52,425 bases of DNA from Acidimicrobiales bacterium (GCA_051011575.1 JBPCTR010000230.1:1-52425), one strand, 5' to 3'. Positions 1-8,637 are shown, counted from the stretch's first letter. Notes: generated by a model from the sequence alone, not told the origin. Translations and numbers: made by a program.

Positions 1-319
1 AAACGGGGCAACAACAGAGACGCCAATCAGGACGATCTCGCTCTCGCCGTCTGACCTAGTCAGATAGCAGAGAGTCATCGCGAGCAGTAATGCCACGCGG
101 GGCCGGTTCACCGCAGCCCGGCAACAGAAGCGGTGGAGGACAGTAGGGAGAGACCACTGACGGCGTGAAAGAACGCTGACATCGGAGAAAGATCCGGCAG
201 CTGAACCTCGGTTCAGCCGACCCGACGGTGAGGCAGCTGCGAGCCTCAGATCGGGAATGGTCGTATCGCGGGTTGTGACCCTTCAGCGGACGAGGGTTCG
301 ATTCCCTCCAGCTCCACTA
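1..319 (+). ncRNA. ssrA: tmRNA (transfer-messenger RNA), 5' end outside window
   Basis: Tag reading frame GCC AAT CAG GAC GAT CTC GCT CTC GCC GTC TGA at 22-54 (ANQDDLALAV*). T-arm GAGGG-TTCGATT-CCCTC at 292-308. Acceptor strand CAGCTCC+A at 309-316 would pair with a canonical 5' GGGGCTG. CCA is not fully encoded (ACTA). Confidence 0.93.
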
Positions 320-360
320 CACGTCGGGACTTCCGCCCGACATCCGCGAAGACCGACATG

Positions 361-385
361 GTCGCTCCGCGCAGCTTCGCTCCCC
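361..385. repeat. Intergenic repeat family B copy (TCGCTCCGCG-nn-GCTYCGCTCCCC)
   Basis: 362-385 TCGCTCCGCGCAGCTTCGCTCCCC is near-identical to 35337-35360 TCGCTCCGCGAGGCTCCGCTCCCC; its reverse complement contains GCGGAGCGAC as at 38134-38143. Confidence 0.6.
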
Positions 386-470
386 TAGGAGGCGAGATCC
401 GGCCTCGACTCGCGCAGCGGTGTCCTGCGGCGCGGCAACGCCGCCCGGACGACCCTGCCACTCAGCCGTC

Positions 471-656
471 CTACGTCTCTGAGTACCAGACGGCGAGCCC
501 GGCGTGAGACCACGCGGCGTTCGGGGCCGTGATCTCATTCGTGTGCTCGATGACGAGCTTCGGGTTGTCTGCGAGCCACGCGTTCACATCCGCCTCAAGT
601 TGATCGAACCCCGGCTTCCGGTTCCTTGCCTCCATTGAAAACAGTTTCATCTTCAC
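471..656 (-). CDS. Small hypothetical protein (61 aa), loosely Cse60-like
   Basis: GTG start with GGAGGA RBS upstream; natural-looking sequence (MKMKLF...LEADVNAWL...AVWY). Confidence 0.7.
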   Translation of the reverse strand: MKMKLFSMEARNRKPGFDQLEADVNAWLADNPKLVIEHTNEITAPNAAWSHAGLAVWYSET

Positions 657-747
657 AGTCGTCCTCCGAGGTGATGCGACCCGTAGTGGGTCGGTGGCGA
701 ACGCTACCCGTCGTCTGCCAGTGACGAGCCGGAAATCCGCCGAATAT

Positions 748-848
748 GGGTCAGAGCACCATCAGGCCAAGGAGGTCAGACCCCTGTCCGAAGGCGTGAT
801 CCGGCCGGAATGGCGGCTGGTTCCCGCCACCATCAAAGGGTCGACCCC
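748..848. repeat. REP-like repeat family A (GGGGTCWGACCCC-type) cluster
   Basis: GGGTCAGAGCACCATC (748-763), GGTCAGACCCCT (774-785) and GGGTCGACCCC (838-848); these match the cluster at 46416-46503. Confidence 0.65.
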
Positions 849-909
849 ACTCACTTTGAGTGGTGGAGTCTGGCGTGGTGGACACTGTACGCGGTACGGT
901 CGGATTGTT

Positions 910-1053
910 ATGTTCCTGGCGCAGAACAGCGATTTCGAAAACGAGTTCAAGGAATATCTCCAGGATGCGGGACAGCAATCGTTGGAGTACTACCTGATCA
1001 TGGCGATCGGCATCTCGGTGATGGTCTACCTGATCGTCAAGATCATCAAGTGA
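910..1053 (+). CDS. Small membrane protein (47 aa) with Flp/class III prepilin-like motif G|QQSLEY
   Basis: ATG at 910. Acidic leader, then G-QQSL-EY and a ~17-residue hydrophobic helix ending in KIIK. Confidence 0.6.
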   Translation: MFLAQNSDFENEFKEYLQDAGQQSLEYYLIMAIGISVMVYLIVKIIK

Positions 1054-1056
1054 CTG

Positions 1057-2580
1057 TCAGCCCAAAGGGGCAGTGGAGAGCGTGACCTTGTTACGACCGG
1101 TCTCCTTCGACTCGTAGAGCGCTTCGTCGGCGGCCTTGATGAGCTGAACGCCCTCGTCGCGACTGGTCGGCTTGTCGATGACCGCCGCGCCAAACGACGC
1201 AGTGATCGTGAGCGGCGGTCCGCTCGGCAGCTCGACCTCGATCAATTCGAGGGTTTGTCGAATGCGTTCGGCCGCCTGCACGAGTTCCTCCGCGGTCACC
1301 AGCGGAGCGAGAAGAATGAACTCCTCCCCGCCGTATCGAGCCACCGTTTCCTCGGTACGGGTGGTCATTCGAAGAACGTCGGCAACCTTTCGGAGAACAG
1401 CATCTCCGATGTCGTGTCCGTGCGTGTCGTTGACCGCCTTGAAGTGGTCGAGGTCGATCATCACGATGCCCATTGGCTTCGGCATGGCATTGGTGCCACG
1501 CACCCGAAGATTGATCTGCTGATCGAACTGTTCGACGAAGGCACGGCGATTGCACAAGCCGGTAAGGGGATCCTGACGCGCCTCGGCTTCGAGCGTGCGA
1601 TTCTCAACCTCGAGCGCTTCACGCCGTCCTCGCTCCTCATGCCATGCAGCGTCTGTCTGCAGCGTGATCTCCACGAGGTGAGCGCGAGCCTGGGCAACGA
1701 TCTCGCCGTACCCCTCGATGTCGGTCGTCACGTTGAACTGCGCCGCCAACTCCTCGATGTGTGCAAACACCTCGTCGAGGAGCGCGTCCACCGAGTCGGT
1801 TGCGATTCCGCAACCCTGCGCCACCGAAATGATCTCGCGAAGGTCTTCACCATCGCCACCGGTGATGTAGAAGTCAGCGACGTCCGAGGCCAGACGAACG
1901 ATGCGAGCGACCCTGTCGGCGTCGACATCGAACACACCCGGCGTGGTGGCAACCGTCTCGACCTTCTCCGCCGCATCAGCGAAGAGATCGGGCATCTTCC
2001 AATGCCGAAGTAGAGCCGCGGTCGCGGCGGCGGAGCTGAAGCCGAATACCTCGGCCTCGACCTCGAAGGTCGGCCATCCCGCTCCAGCCTGAGCGATCGG
2101 TTCGTATTCGTCTGCGGCGACGAGCCCGAGTACGACACGTCCGAGGCCGGCCACGAGACCGACGAAAAAGGCTTCTTCCGAGAGTTCGGGGTGCATCTTG
2201 GCTGCGATCAGACGGGACGACGCAGCCGTGACGACGGAGCGGGTCCAGAAGTCTGACATCGGAATTCCGCCGACGACACCATCGGACGGCATAGAGCTCG
2301 CTACCGAGAACGCCAAGGAGATTGTCGTGACGCTCCGGAATCCGAGAATGCCGATGGCTCGGTCGACCGACGTCACCTCGTCACCACGGCGATAGGTGGG
2401 ACTGTTCGCCGTCGAGAGGATCTTCGCGGCGAGCGCAGGATCCTGCGAAACCGCTTGGACGAGATCGTTAACTCCCGCTTCGGGATTGTTCTTCACTTCC
2501 AGGACGCGAAGGGCCGCGCCGGGAGGTGTGGGCACCTCGCGAGCATCGGGAAGTGCATCCAGTTCAATAGGTCCTGCCAC
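1057..2580 (-). CDS. HDOD-GGDEF diguanylate cyclase
   Basis: N-terminal HDOD motifs (DPALAAKILSTANS, FWTRS). C-terminal DPLTGLCNRR, DLDHFKAVNDTHGH, RYGGEEF. GGAGG RBS. Confidence 0.93.
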   Translation of the reverse strand: MAGPIELDALPDAREVPTPPGAALRVLEVKNNPEAGVNDLVQAVSQDPALAAKILSTANSPTYRRGDEVTSVDRAIGILGFRSVTTISLAFSVASSMPSDGVVGGIPMSDFWTRSVVTAASSRLIAAKMHPELSEEAFFVGLVAGLGRVVLGLVAADEYEPIAQAGAGWPTFEVEAEVFGFSSAAATAALLRHWKMPDLFADAAEKVETVATTPGVFDVDADRVARIVRLASDVADFYITGGDGEDLREIISVAQGCGIATDSVDALLDEVFAHIEELAAQFNVTTDIEGYGEIVAQARAHLVEITLQTDAAWHEERGRREALEVENRTLEAEARQDPLTGLCNRRAFVEQFDQQINLRVRGTNAMPKPMGIVMIDLDHFKAVNDTHGHDIGDAVLRKVADVLRMTTRTEETVARYGGEEFILLAPLVTAEELVQAAERIRQTLELIEVELPSGPPLTITASFGAAVIDKPTSRDEGVQLIKAADEALYESKETGRNKVTLSTAPLG

Positions 2581-2613
2581 GGTGTTTCCGCCTCCTCCGT
2601 AGTGACTCGGATC

Positions 2614-2641
2614 CCATCGGTCCGACAGTTCCCGAATTGAA
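2614..2641 (-). promoter_or_regulatory. Sigma28 (FliA/WhiG)-like promoter of the diguanylate cyclase
   Basis: Minus strand TTCA-N16-ACCGATGG, matching the motif before the other flagellar units. Confidence 0.6.
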
Positions 2642-2667
2642 CTGTTTTGTGGGTTCGAGCGAGAAAG

Positions 2668-2925
2668 TCAGGATCCGTTGGTCGAGTACGGCGAGCGAGA
2701 CCGACGATTGCCTTCGATCGCCATCAGCGTGCGATCGAGCAAAGCGTCCGTTCGCTGCTGGAGGCCTGCGGCTCGAACCCGTTGCTCGGGAGACATCGGT
2801 TCGTTCGGGGCAATCGGAATGACGGCCGCGGGTACGTCGCCGCCATCGTCGAATGCACGCTCCTGGCGCTTCATCTGGTGTTCGAGTGCATCGAGTATCT
2901 CGGTCCACCCCACGTCAGCCACCAT
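2668..2925 (-). CDS. Hypothetical protein coupled to fliD (possible FliT-like chaperone)
   Basis: ATG at 2925 overlaps the end of fliD; 85 aa helical protein (WTEILDALE...RAAGLQQRTD). Function inferred from position only. Confidence 0.65.
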   Translation of the reverse strand: MVADVGWTEILDALEHQMKRQERAFDDGGDVPAAVIPIAPNEPMSPEQRVRAAGLQQRTDALLDRTLMAIEGNRRSRSPYSTNGS

Positions 2926-4468
2926 TCGATTGACCGAGCTGCCCGGCGAGGAACGCACTCTGGGCATTCAGCTGTGACAGGAGCGTCTCCATCGACGCAA
3001 ACCGGCGGCGCAGCGCCGCCTCAACGCCTTCGAGTCGCCGTTCGTATCGGCCGATCGATTCCTCGATCGTGAGCACGTTCGCTTCGAGGTTCTCCTGCGC
3101 GTTCTCGACCACGCCGTCCACGCCGGATGCGTTGTTCGCGGCGTCTGCGATCCGGCCGAGGTACCCGCTGTCGCTGCCGTCGCCGACGAAGAACGTCTCG
3201 AGAGCTGCGAAGTCTGAGGTGATCAGCTCCGTGAGGGTGGCTTCGTTCAGCGCGACCGACCCGTCCTGACTCGTTTCGATTCCTACCTGACTTCCGATCA
3301 CGAGCGTTCCCGTGCCGACTGCGGAGAACGCATCGCGTAGTTGGCGTTCGAGTCGGCGAAGCGAGAAGTCACCGGCGAGAAGTCCGATCGACTCGTTCTC
3401 GGGATCGGAGCGACCGTAGGCCGAGATTCCGGAGAAGAGACTGTTGGCAGCGTCGATCACCTCGCTCACGTTCGCCACGATCGCCTCGGTGTCTCGGGTC
3501 ACGTTGACCCTCAGCGACTCCCCAACCTCTGCACCGGTCAGGTCGATCGCCATACCCGGAACCAGCCCGTCGACGATCACCTCGCTCCGTTCGATCACCA
3601 ACGCCCCCTCCCCCATGGAGACGAGGGAGTTTGTCGCCTCTCGAATCTCGGTGAAGGCGCCGAGCAGTCCGGAGCTCTGATCGAGTGTGATCCCGTTGTC
3701 CTCACCAGGTTCGCGGGCCGTGATCACCATCGTGAGCGGTGTTGCGGACTCGTCGCCTGTGTCGATTATCTGGATCGTTGCGCTACCAGACCCCGAGGAC
3801 AGTTGTGTGACGAGTCCACCAACGGTGGTCGTCCCGTCGGCAACGATCGAACTCACGCGGCCCACACCTTCTTCAAACTCTCCGTCGGCGGTGAGCGTGA
3901 TGCTGTTTCCATCGCCGTTCGTGAGGGTGACGGATCCTGTCGACGACACATCGTGTGACTCTCCGTCGAAGACGATGGTGGCCGTTCCGCCTTCGACATT
4001 CGTTATCTCGATCGCATAGTGGCCATCGGTGAGACCGCCAGCGCCAGGGGCGACGGTCGCTACACCAATGCCGGCCAAGCCGGTCGACACCGTGAACTGG
4101 CCCGCACCGACGAGGTCGGCAGCAGTCGCGAAGCGGTCGCTCATCAGCTGGTGCGATGTGGCGATCTGATCGACCTGAACCTCGAACACGCCGATCGAAC
4201 CGGGACCGGTTGACGTGACGGTCACGTCAGGATTGGAAGATTCACCGACGAGCACGGACACGCCGTCACTGTCGACGATGGTGTCGATTGCCGAACCGAG
4301 CCGCTCGAGCCGAGCATCGAGGTCGGACCACGCCGTCGAACGAGCCTCGAGGTCGTCGCGCCGCTGCTCCAGCCGGACCACCGGCTGAGACTCCACCACC
4401 ATCAACTGCTCGATGATCGAGGTCGTGTCCAACCCGCTCGCCAAGCCGTCCACCGAAAACGTACTCAT
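2915..4468 (-). CDS. fliD: Flagellar filament cap protein FliD
   Basis: N-term GLASGLDTTSIIEQLM; C-term RRFASMETLLSQLNAQSAFL. Confidence 0.95.
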   Translation of the reverse strand: MSTFSVDGLASGLDTTSIIEQLMVVESQPVVRLEQRRDDLEARSTAWSDLDARLERLGSAIDTIVDSDGVSVLVGESSNPDVTVTSTGPGSIGVFEVQVDQIATSHQLMSDRFATAADLVGAGQFTVSTGLAGIGVATVAPGAGGLTDGHYAIEITNVEGGTATIVFDGESHDVSSTGSVTLTNGDGNSITLTADGEFEEGVGRVSSIVADGTTTVGGLVTQLSSGSGSATIQIIDTGDESATPLTMVITAREPGEDNGITLDQSSGLLGAFTEIREATNSLVSMGEGALVIERSEVIVDGLVPGMAIDLTGAEVGESLRVNVTRDTEAIVANVSEVIDAANSLFSGISAYGRSDPENESIGLLAGDFSLRRLERQLRDAFSAVGTGTLVIGSQVGIETSQDGSVALNEATLTELITSDFAALETFFVGDGSDSGYLGRIADAANNASGVDGVVENAQENLEANVLTIEESIGRYERRLEGVEAALRRRFASMETLLSQLNAQSAFLAGQLGQSNGG

Positions 4469-4475
4469 GGTCCGC

Positions 4476-4504
4476 TCATCGGCGGCCGGGGAGGCACTGA
4501 TGAG
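4476..4504 (-). promoter_or_regulatory. Sigma28-like promoter of fliD (likely leaderless transcript)
   Basis: Minus strand CTCA-N17-GCCGATGA, 7 nt before the ATG; no Shine-Dalgarno. Confidence 0.7.
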
Positions 4505-4522
4505 CCACTATGCTCGGTTTTC

Positions 4523-4753
4523 GTGCTGGTTCTGACACGTGAGGTGGGCGAAACGATCGTCATCGGAAACAATGTCCGCATCACGGTGGTCGCCGTTCGT
4601 GGAGACCAGGCTCGAATCGGGATCGATGCGCCTCGCTCGGTTCCGGTCCACCGTTTGGAAGTGTTCGAAGAGCTCAGTCGCGCGAACGAAGCCGCGGCCG
4701 CCCCCACACCTGCCGATCTCTCATTCCTCGACGATCTGGACCCTTCGAACTAG
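4523..4753 (+). CDS. csrA: Translational regulator CsrA
   Basis: MLVLTREVGETIVIG...RIGIDAPRSVPVHRLEV. TATGCT at 4509-4514 lies 8 nt before the GTG, suggesting a leaderless housekeeping promoter. Confidence 0.96.
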   Translation: MLVLTREVGETIVIGNNVRITVVAVRGDQARIGIDAPRSVPVHRLEVFEELSRANEAAAAPTPADLSFLDDLDPSN

Positions 4754-4770
4754 TCACCCCTGCTGTTCGG

Positions 4771-4798
4771 CTCATGTCGCACACGTTTCTGCCGATCC
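4771..4798 (+). promoter_or_regulatory. Sigma28-like promoter of fliM (likely leaderless)
   Basis: CTCA-N16-GCCGATCC, 7 nt before GTG 4806. Confidence 0.7.
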
Positions 4799-4805
4799 TG
4801 CCTTC

Positions 4806-5633
4806 GTGGCGAACGACATCCGTCCTCACGACCTCACCGCGAAGCCTCCGCTGAGCGACAAGGCAGTCGAGCAGCTGGCGCGCAGTATCACTGCGTCGGT
4901 TGCCGATGCGGCCGACGCGCTCACAGGAGCCACTCGAAGTGAGTGCTCCATCGTGTTGGCCGATGTTCTGACGCCCGCGTCCCGCGACGATGTCCTCGAC
5001 CCGGACCGGATGCAAATGATCGTGACGGTCTCGAATTCCGATGGAGCGGAGGAAATCGTCGGTCTGCTGTCGATCGCGGCCTCGTCGGCCGTAGGTATGG
5101 CCGACCTGTTCCTCGGAGGCCCGGGACATGGCGTCGAACGACCCACCACGGCGATCGAACGACACGCGATCGCACAGGTCTCGACTCCTATCGTCGCGCC
5201 GCTCGCACGCGCCGCGACCTTCCGCGAGACCGGCACGGTCGCGCTTCACGAGGTCGACGACGCGCACGCTGCGTTGATCCCGGCGCAGCTCGTGACGCTC
5301 GCGGCAACCTGGAACATCGACGACACGTCGATAGAAGTCGACCTGCACGTGGTGGATCCCGATCAGTCGGCTGGTTCGCAAGAGATCTCCGTGGCCCGAG
5401 CGGCACTGGAGAACAACGTGTCGACGCTGCCGATCGATCTCACGATCGACCTTGCAGCAACGTCGATGCACGCCAGCGAGATACATGCTCTCGCACCCGG
5501 TGATGTGGTCGTGTTCGATACGCCGGCAACGGGCGAGGCGGTCGCGACCCATCGCGGTCGAACGATGCTCGAAGGTCGGATCGCGGAGATCGGCGACCGG
5601 CGTCAGTTCGAGGTCACGACCACCCGGGTCTGA
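4806..5633 (+). CDS. fliM: Flagellar motor switch protein FliM (no N-terminal CheY-binding peptide)
   Basis: Middle-domain LFLGGPG and RPTTAIER; C-terminal SpoA/FliMN domain (LAPGDVV). Start moved to GTG 4806 based on promoter position. Confidence 0.8.
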   Translation: MANDIRPHDLTAKPPLSDKAVEQLARSITASVADAADALTGATRSECSIVLADVLTPASRDDVLDPDRMQMIVTVSNSDGAEEIVGLLSIAASSAVGMADLFLGGPGHGVERPTTAIERHAIAQVSTPIVAPLARAATFRETGTVALHEVDDAHAALIPAQLVTLAATWNIDDTSIEVDLHVVDPDQSAGSQEISVARAALENNVSTLPIDLTIDLAATSMHASEIHALAPGDVVVFDTPATGEAVATHRGRTMLEGRIAEIGDRRQFEVTTTRV

Positions 5634-5659
5634 CGACTCACGTCGCCTGGGTCGTACGG

Positions 5660-5687
5660 CTCATCTTTTCGACTCGACCGCCGAAAG
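5660..5687 (+). promoter_or_regulatory. Sigma28-like promoter of fliOPQR
   Basis: CTCA-N16-GCCGAAAG. Confidence 0.7.
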
Positions 5688-5781
5688 GTACGTCGACGAG
5701 GAGGCCAAGGATCATCCGATCCGGCCGCCATCCACACCTCCTCGTTTCGGCGGCGGCTTCAATCGAGCGGGGAGCAGAACA

Positions 5782-6141
5782 GTGGAAGGCATCGATGTCG
5801 TATCGACGACGATCAGCGTCGTTGTGGTCGTTGGAATACTCGTGGGCACCCTGATTGCGCTGCGATGGGTGAGCAGGTTTCGATTTCGTGGGAACAACCG
5901 CGGAGACGGAACCGGCCTCGAGGTGGTCGATCGTCAAACGCTCGGTAGAACAGGCGCCCTCGTCGTTGTGCGCTACGCCGGCCGGGAACACCTGATCGGC
6001 GTGACCGAGTCGAATGTCCAACACCTGATCGAGGGAGACGTCGTGGACGTCGACCCGATCGACCTTCGCAACGAGGATGAGTCCGGCTCGGTTCCGATTC
6101 GAATCCTGGAGTCCCTCCGCGACAAGACCGCCCGTCGCTGA
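5782..6141 (+). CDS. fliO: Flagellar biosynthesis protein FliO
   Basis: N-terminal TM helix, then LEVVDRQTLG...LIGVTE; GTG 5782 with GGGAG RBS; directly before fliP. Confidence 0.85.
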   Translation: MEGIDVVSTTISVVVVVGILVGTLIALRWVSRFRFRGNNRGDGTGLEVVDRQTLGRTGALVVVRYAGREHLIGVTESNVQHLIEGDVVDVDPIDLRNEDESGSVPIRILESLRDKTARR

Positions 6142-6152
6142 GAACGACCACG

Positions 6153-7124
6153 ATGCTCGTCCGCCGCAGTCCACCCATGAATCGTCCGCGAACCCTCGCC
6201 CGCGGAATTCCCCGGATGTCAGGCTCTCGGCCGCGCCTCATGGCATTCGCGGCCGTCGTTCTCGTCGGATGGCTGGCGCTCGGGCAGGCCTCCATCGCAT
6301 CGGCTCAAACCGACGCAGATGATCCATCCGACATCACAGACACACCGACCGGTATCGATCTGGACGAACCGATCGACGTGGCGCCCGCGAGCGACGTCGA
6401 ACCCACGACGCCCGACCCGGGCAGTCCGTTGCAAGCTCCGACTCCACCGGTGGTGGGCGGCCCCGACGGCCCCGAGAACACCGAAGGCGGCACGACGGAG
6501 GATTCCGCGATCTCGATCGTCGTCATCATCACCGCTCTCACGCTCGTCCCGACCGTGCTGATCATGGCCACATCGTTTACGAGGATCGTGATCGTGCTCG
6601 GGCTTACGCGGAACGCACTCGGGCTTCAAGGAGTCCCCCCGAATCAAGTGCTCATCGGACTCGCCCTCTTCCTCACGCTGTTCGTGATGGGCCCGACCTT
6701 GTCGGAGGCGAACGACGCCGCGCTCCAGCCGTACCTCGACGGTGAGCTCAGCTTCAGCGAAGCGTACGACCTCGGCGTCGAACCCTTCAGGGACTTCATG
6801 CTCGCCCAGGTACGCGAAGAAGACCTGTCGATGTTCATCGATCTCAGCGGTGAACCCGCCCCGACACAGGCCGATGATGTTCCGCTCACGACGCTCGCTC
6901 CTGCATTTCTCGTCTCCGAGCTGAGGGCGGCGTTCATCATCGGGTTCATCATCTTCGTGCCCTTCCTGGTCGTCGACATGATCGTGTCGGCAACCCTCAT
7001 GTCGATGGGCATGGTGATGCTGCCCCCGGTGGTCATCTCGCTGCCCTTCAAGATCCTGCTGTTCGTGATGGTCGACGGCTGGTTCCTACTCGTTCCCACC
7101 CTTGTCCGATCGTTCGAGCTGTGA
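6153..7124 (+). CDS. fliP: Export gate protein FliP (start may be further downstream, e.g. 6240)
   Basis: TSFTRIVIVL, PPNQVLIGLAL, PAFLVSELR, MGMVMLPP, LFVMVDGW; signal-peptide-like N-terminus. Confidence 0.96.
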   Translation: MLVRRSPPMNRPRTLARGIPRMSGSRPRLMAFAAVVLVGWLALGQASIASAQTDADDPSDITDTPTGIDLDEPIDVAPASDVEPTTPDPGSPLQAPTPPVVGGPDGPENTEGGTTEDSAISIVVIITALTLVPTVLIMATSFTRIVIVLGLTRNALGLQGVPPNQVLIGLALFLTLFVMGPTLSEANDAALQPYLDGELSFSEAYDLGVEPFRDFMLAQVREEDLSMFIDLSGEPAPTQADDVPLTTLAPAFLVSELRAAFIIGFIIFVPFLVVDMIVSATLMSMGMVMLPPVVISLPFKILLFVMVDGWFLLVPTLVRSFEL

Positions 7125-7167
7125 TGAGGCGCTCTCGGCAGAACCGACGCGCCCGGAAGGAAGGTCG

Positions 7168-7437
7168 ATGGATGCAGAACTGATGCGACTGATCAGCGAT
7201 ACCTTGCTGACCGCAACCAGATTGAGCGCGCCGATTCTGATCTCTGCCCTCGTTGTTGGCGTGGTCATAGGCCTCGGACAGACCGTCTTCCAGGTGCAGG
7301 AGGCGACCCTGACCTTCGTGCCCAAGCTCGTGGTCATCGCGATCGTTCTCGCCGTGTCCGGCAACTGGATGCTGGACGAGCTCCAGGAGTTCTTTCTCCG
7401 GTCGCTCGACTCGGTTCCAGCGCTCATCGCCGGCTGA
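7168..7437 (+). CDS. fliQ: Export gate protein FliQ
   Basis: QTVFQVQEATLTFVPK; ATG 7168 after GGAAGG. Confidence 0.95.
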   Translation: MDAELMRLISDTLLTATRLSAPILISALVVGVVIGLGQTVFQVQEATLTFVPKLVVIAIVLAVSGNWMLDELQEFFLRSLDSVPALIAG

Positions 7438-7439
7438 TC

Positions 7440-8186
7440 ATGTTCGAAGACCCAGCGCTGTTCGCGCTTGCTCTCGGTCGAGCCTCGGGTTGGGTTGCCA
7501 CCGTTCCGATCTTTGGGCCGGTGCGTACAACCGCGATCGGCCGCATCGGGTTGGCTGTTGCCATCGCGATGTTCGTCTCCGGCTCCATGCCGCCCACGGA
7601 CGTTCCATCTGAGCTCGGACCCATTGGCGTCGTTCTCGCCGGACAGGTTCTTTACGGCATGCTCCTCGGCTGGATCACATCGCTTGTGATCTCGGCCTTC
7701 GAGGCGGCAGGCGGCACGATCGATCTCGTGGGCGGTCTCTCGGCAGGCGCGGTGCTCGACCCATCGACAGGAACAAGTAACGCAACGGTCGCCCGACTCT
7801 TCCAAATGACATTTGTGGCGGTCCTCGTGATCACGAATGCTCACCTCCTCATCGTGGGAGGGTTCGTTCGCTCGTTCGCGCGGGTGCCCGCCACGACAAT
7901 TCCGGTGATCGGCGAGGATGACCTGTCGGCGATCGTTCGGGCCGCCGCCGATCTGCTGCTCGCATCACTGGAGATCGGTGCGCCGGTCGTGGGTGTGCTG
8001 ATCCTGGCGGAGGTGGCGATGGCTCTTGCCGCTCGATTCGCACCGCAGGCCAACATCTTCATGCTCAGCCTCCCCCTCAAGGCCATGATCGTCTTGGTGC
8101 TGCTCGCGAATGTCCTGCTATTCCTTCCCGTGTTCACCGAGCGAATCACCGAGGAGGCGGCCACGCTCCTCGTGAGGGTCGGTTGA
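7440..8186 (+). CDS. fliR: Export gate protein FliR
   Basis: Hydrophobic 248 aa protein with AGGTID and RFAPQANIF...PLK; follows fliQ. Confidence 0.93.
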   Translation: MFEDPALFALALGRASGWVATVPIFGPVRTTAIGRIGLAVAIAMFVSGSMPPTDVPSELGPIGVVLAGQVLYGMLLGWITSLVISAFEAAGGTIDLVGGLSAGAVLDPSTGTSNATVARLFQMTFVAVLVITNAHLLIVGGFVRSFARVPATTIPVIGEDDLSAIVRAAADLLLASLEIGAPVVGVLILAEVAMALAARFAPQANIFMLSLPLKAMIVLVLLANVLLFLPVFTERITEEAATLLVRVG

Positions 8187-8189
8187 CGC

Positions 8190-8510
8190 ATGGCATCGGA
8201 CGCACCGGAGGAGCTGTGGGCACGAGAATGCCTGGGCGTAGGGCCGCGCGCGGGGGTCCGCGAGGTCAAGCGTGCGCACCGAGTGCTCTCGAAGCGACAC
8301 CACCCCGACCGCGGTGGAGATCCCGACACGTTCGCGGACATCCAATACGCGTACGAGCTGCTGCGACAGATCGACGAGCCGGCGATCGTGTGGCTCACCG
8401 ACGAACCTCACGACCCGGAGTCTCCCTGGTTCGCGTACGACTCTCCACCGCCTCCCCGCAAAAAGACGTTTCGCCGACTCTTCGACGAAGCGGTGCGGGA
8501 TCGGTACTGA
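8190..8510 (+). CDS. Small J-domain (DnaJ-like) protein
   Basis: LGV...VKRAHRVLSKRHHPDRGG...IQYAYELL with an intact HPD motif; starts 3 nt after the fliR stop. Confidence 0.85.
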   Translation: MASDAPEELWARECLGVGPRAGVREVKRAHRVLSKRHHPDRGGDPDTFADIQYAYELLRQIDEPAIVWLTDEPHDPESPWFAYDSPPPPRKKTFRRLFDEAVRDRY

Positions 8511-8531
8511 CCCAGAAGCTGGGCCATTCGA

Positions 8532-8559
8532 CTCATATCGAGTCTTGATGGGCCGAACT
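8532..8559 (+). promoter_or_regulatory. Sigma28-like promoter of flhB-flhA
   Basis: CTCA-N16-GCCGAACT. Confidence 0.7.
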
Positions 8560-8637
8560 ACCCACTAGGCGAACCGCGCAAGCGGAGAAGGACAACAGGT
8601 CGGCGGTAGGGATGTTCCCGTTCGCCGGCACGGCACC

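Noticed and set aside
2668-2925. RsiG-type anti-sigma or FlgM identity for the small gene after fliD
   Set aside because: The ExxxSxxRxxxQxxxD spacing is not met and no FlgM C-terminal signature is visible.
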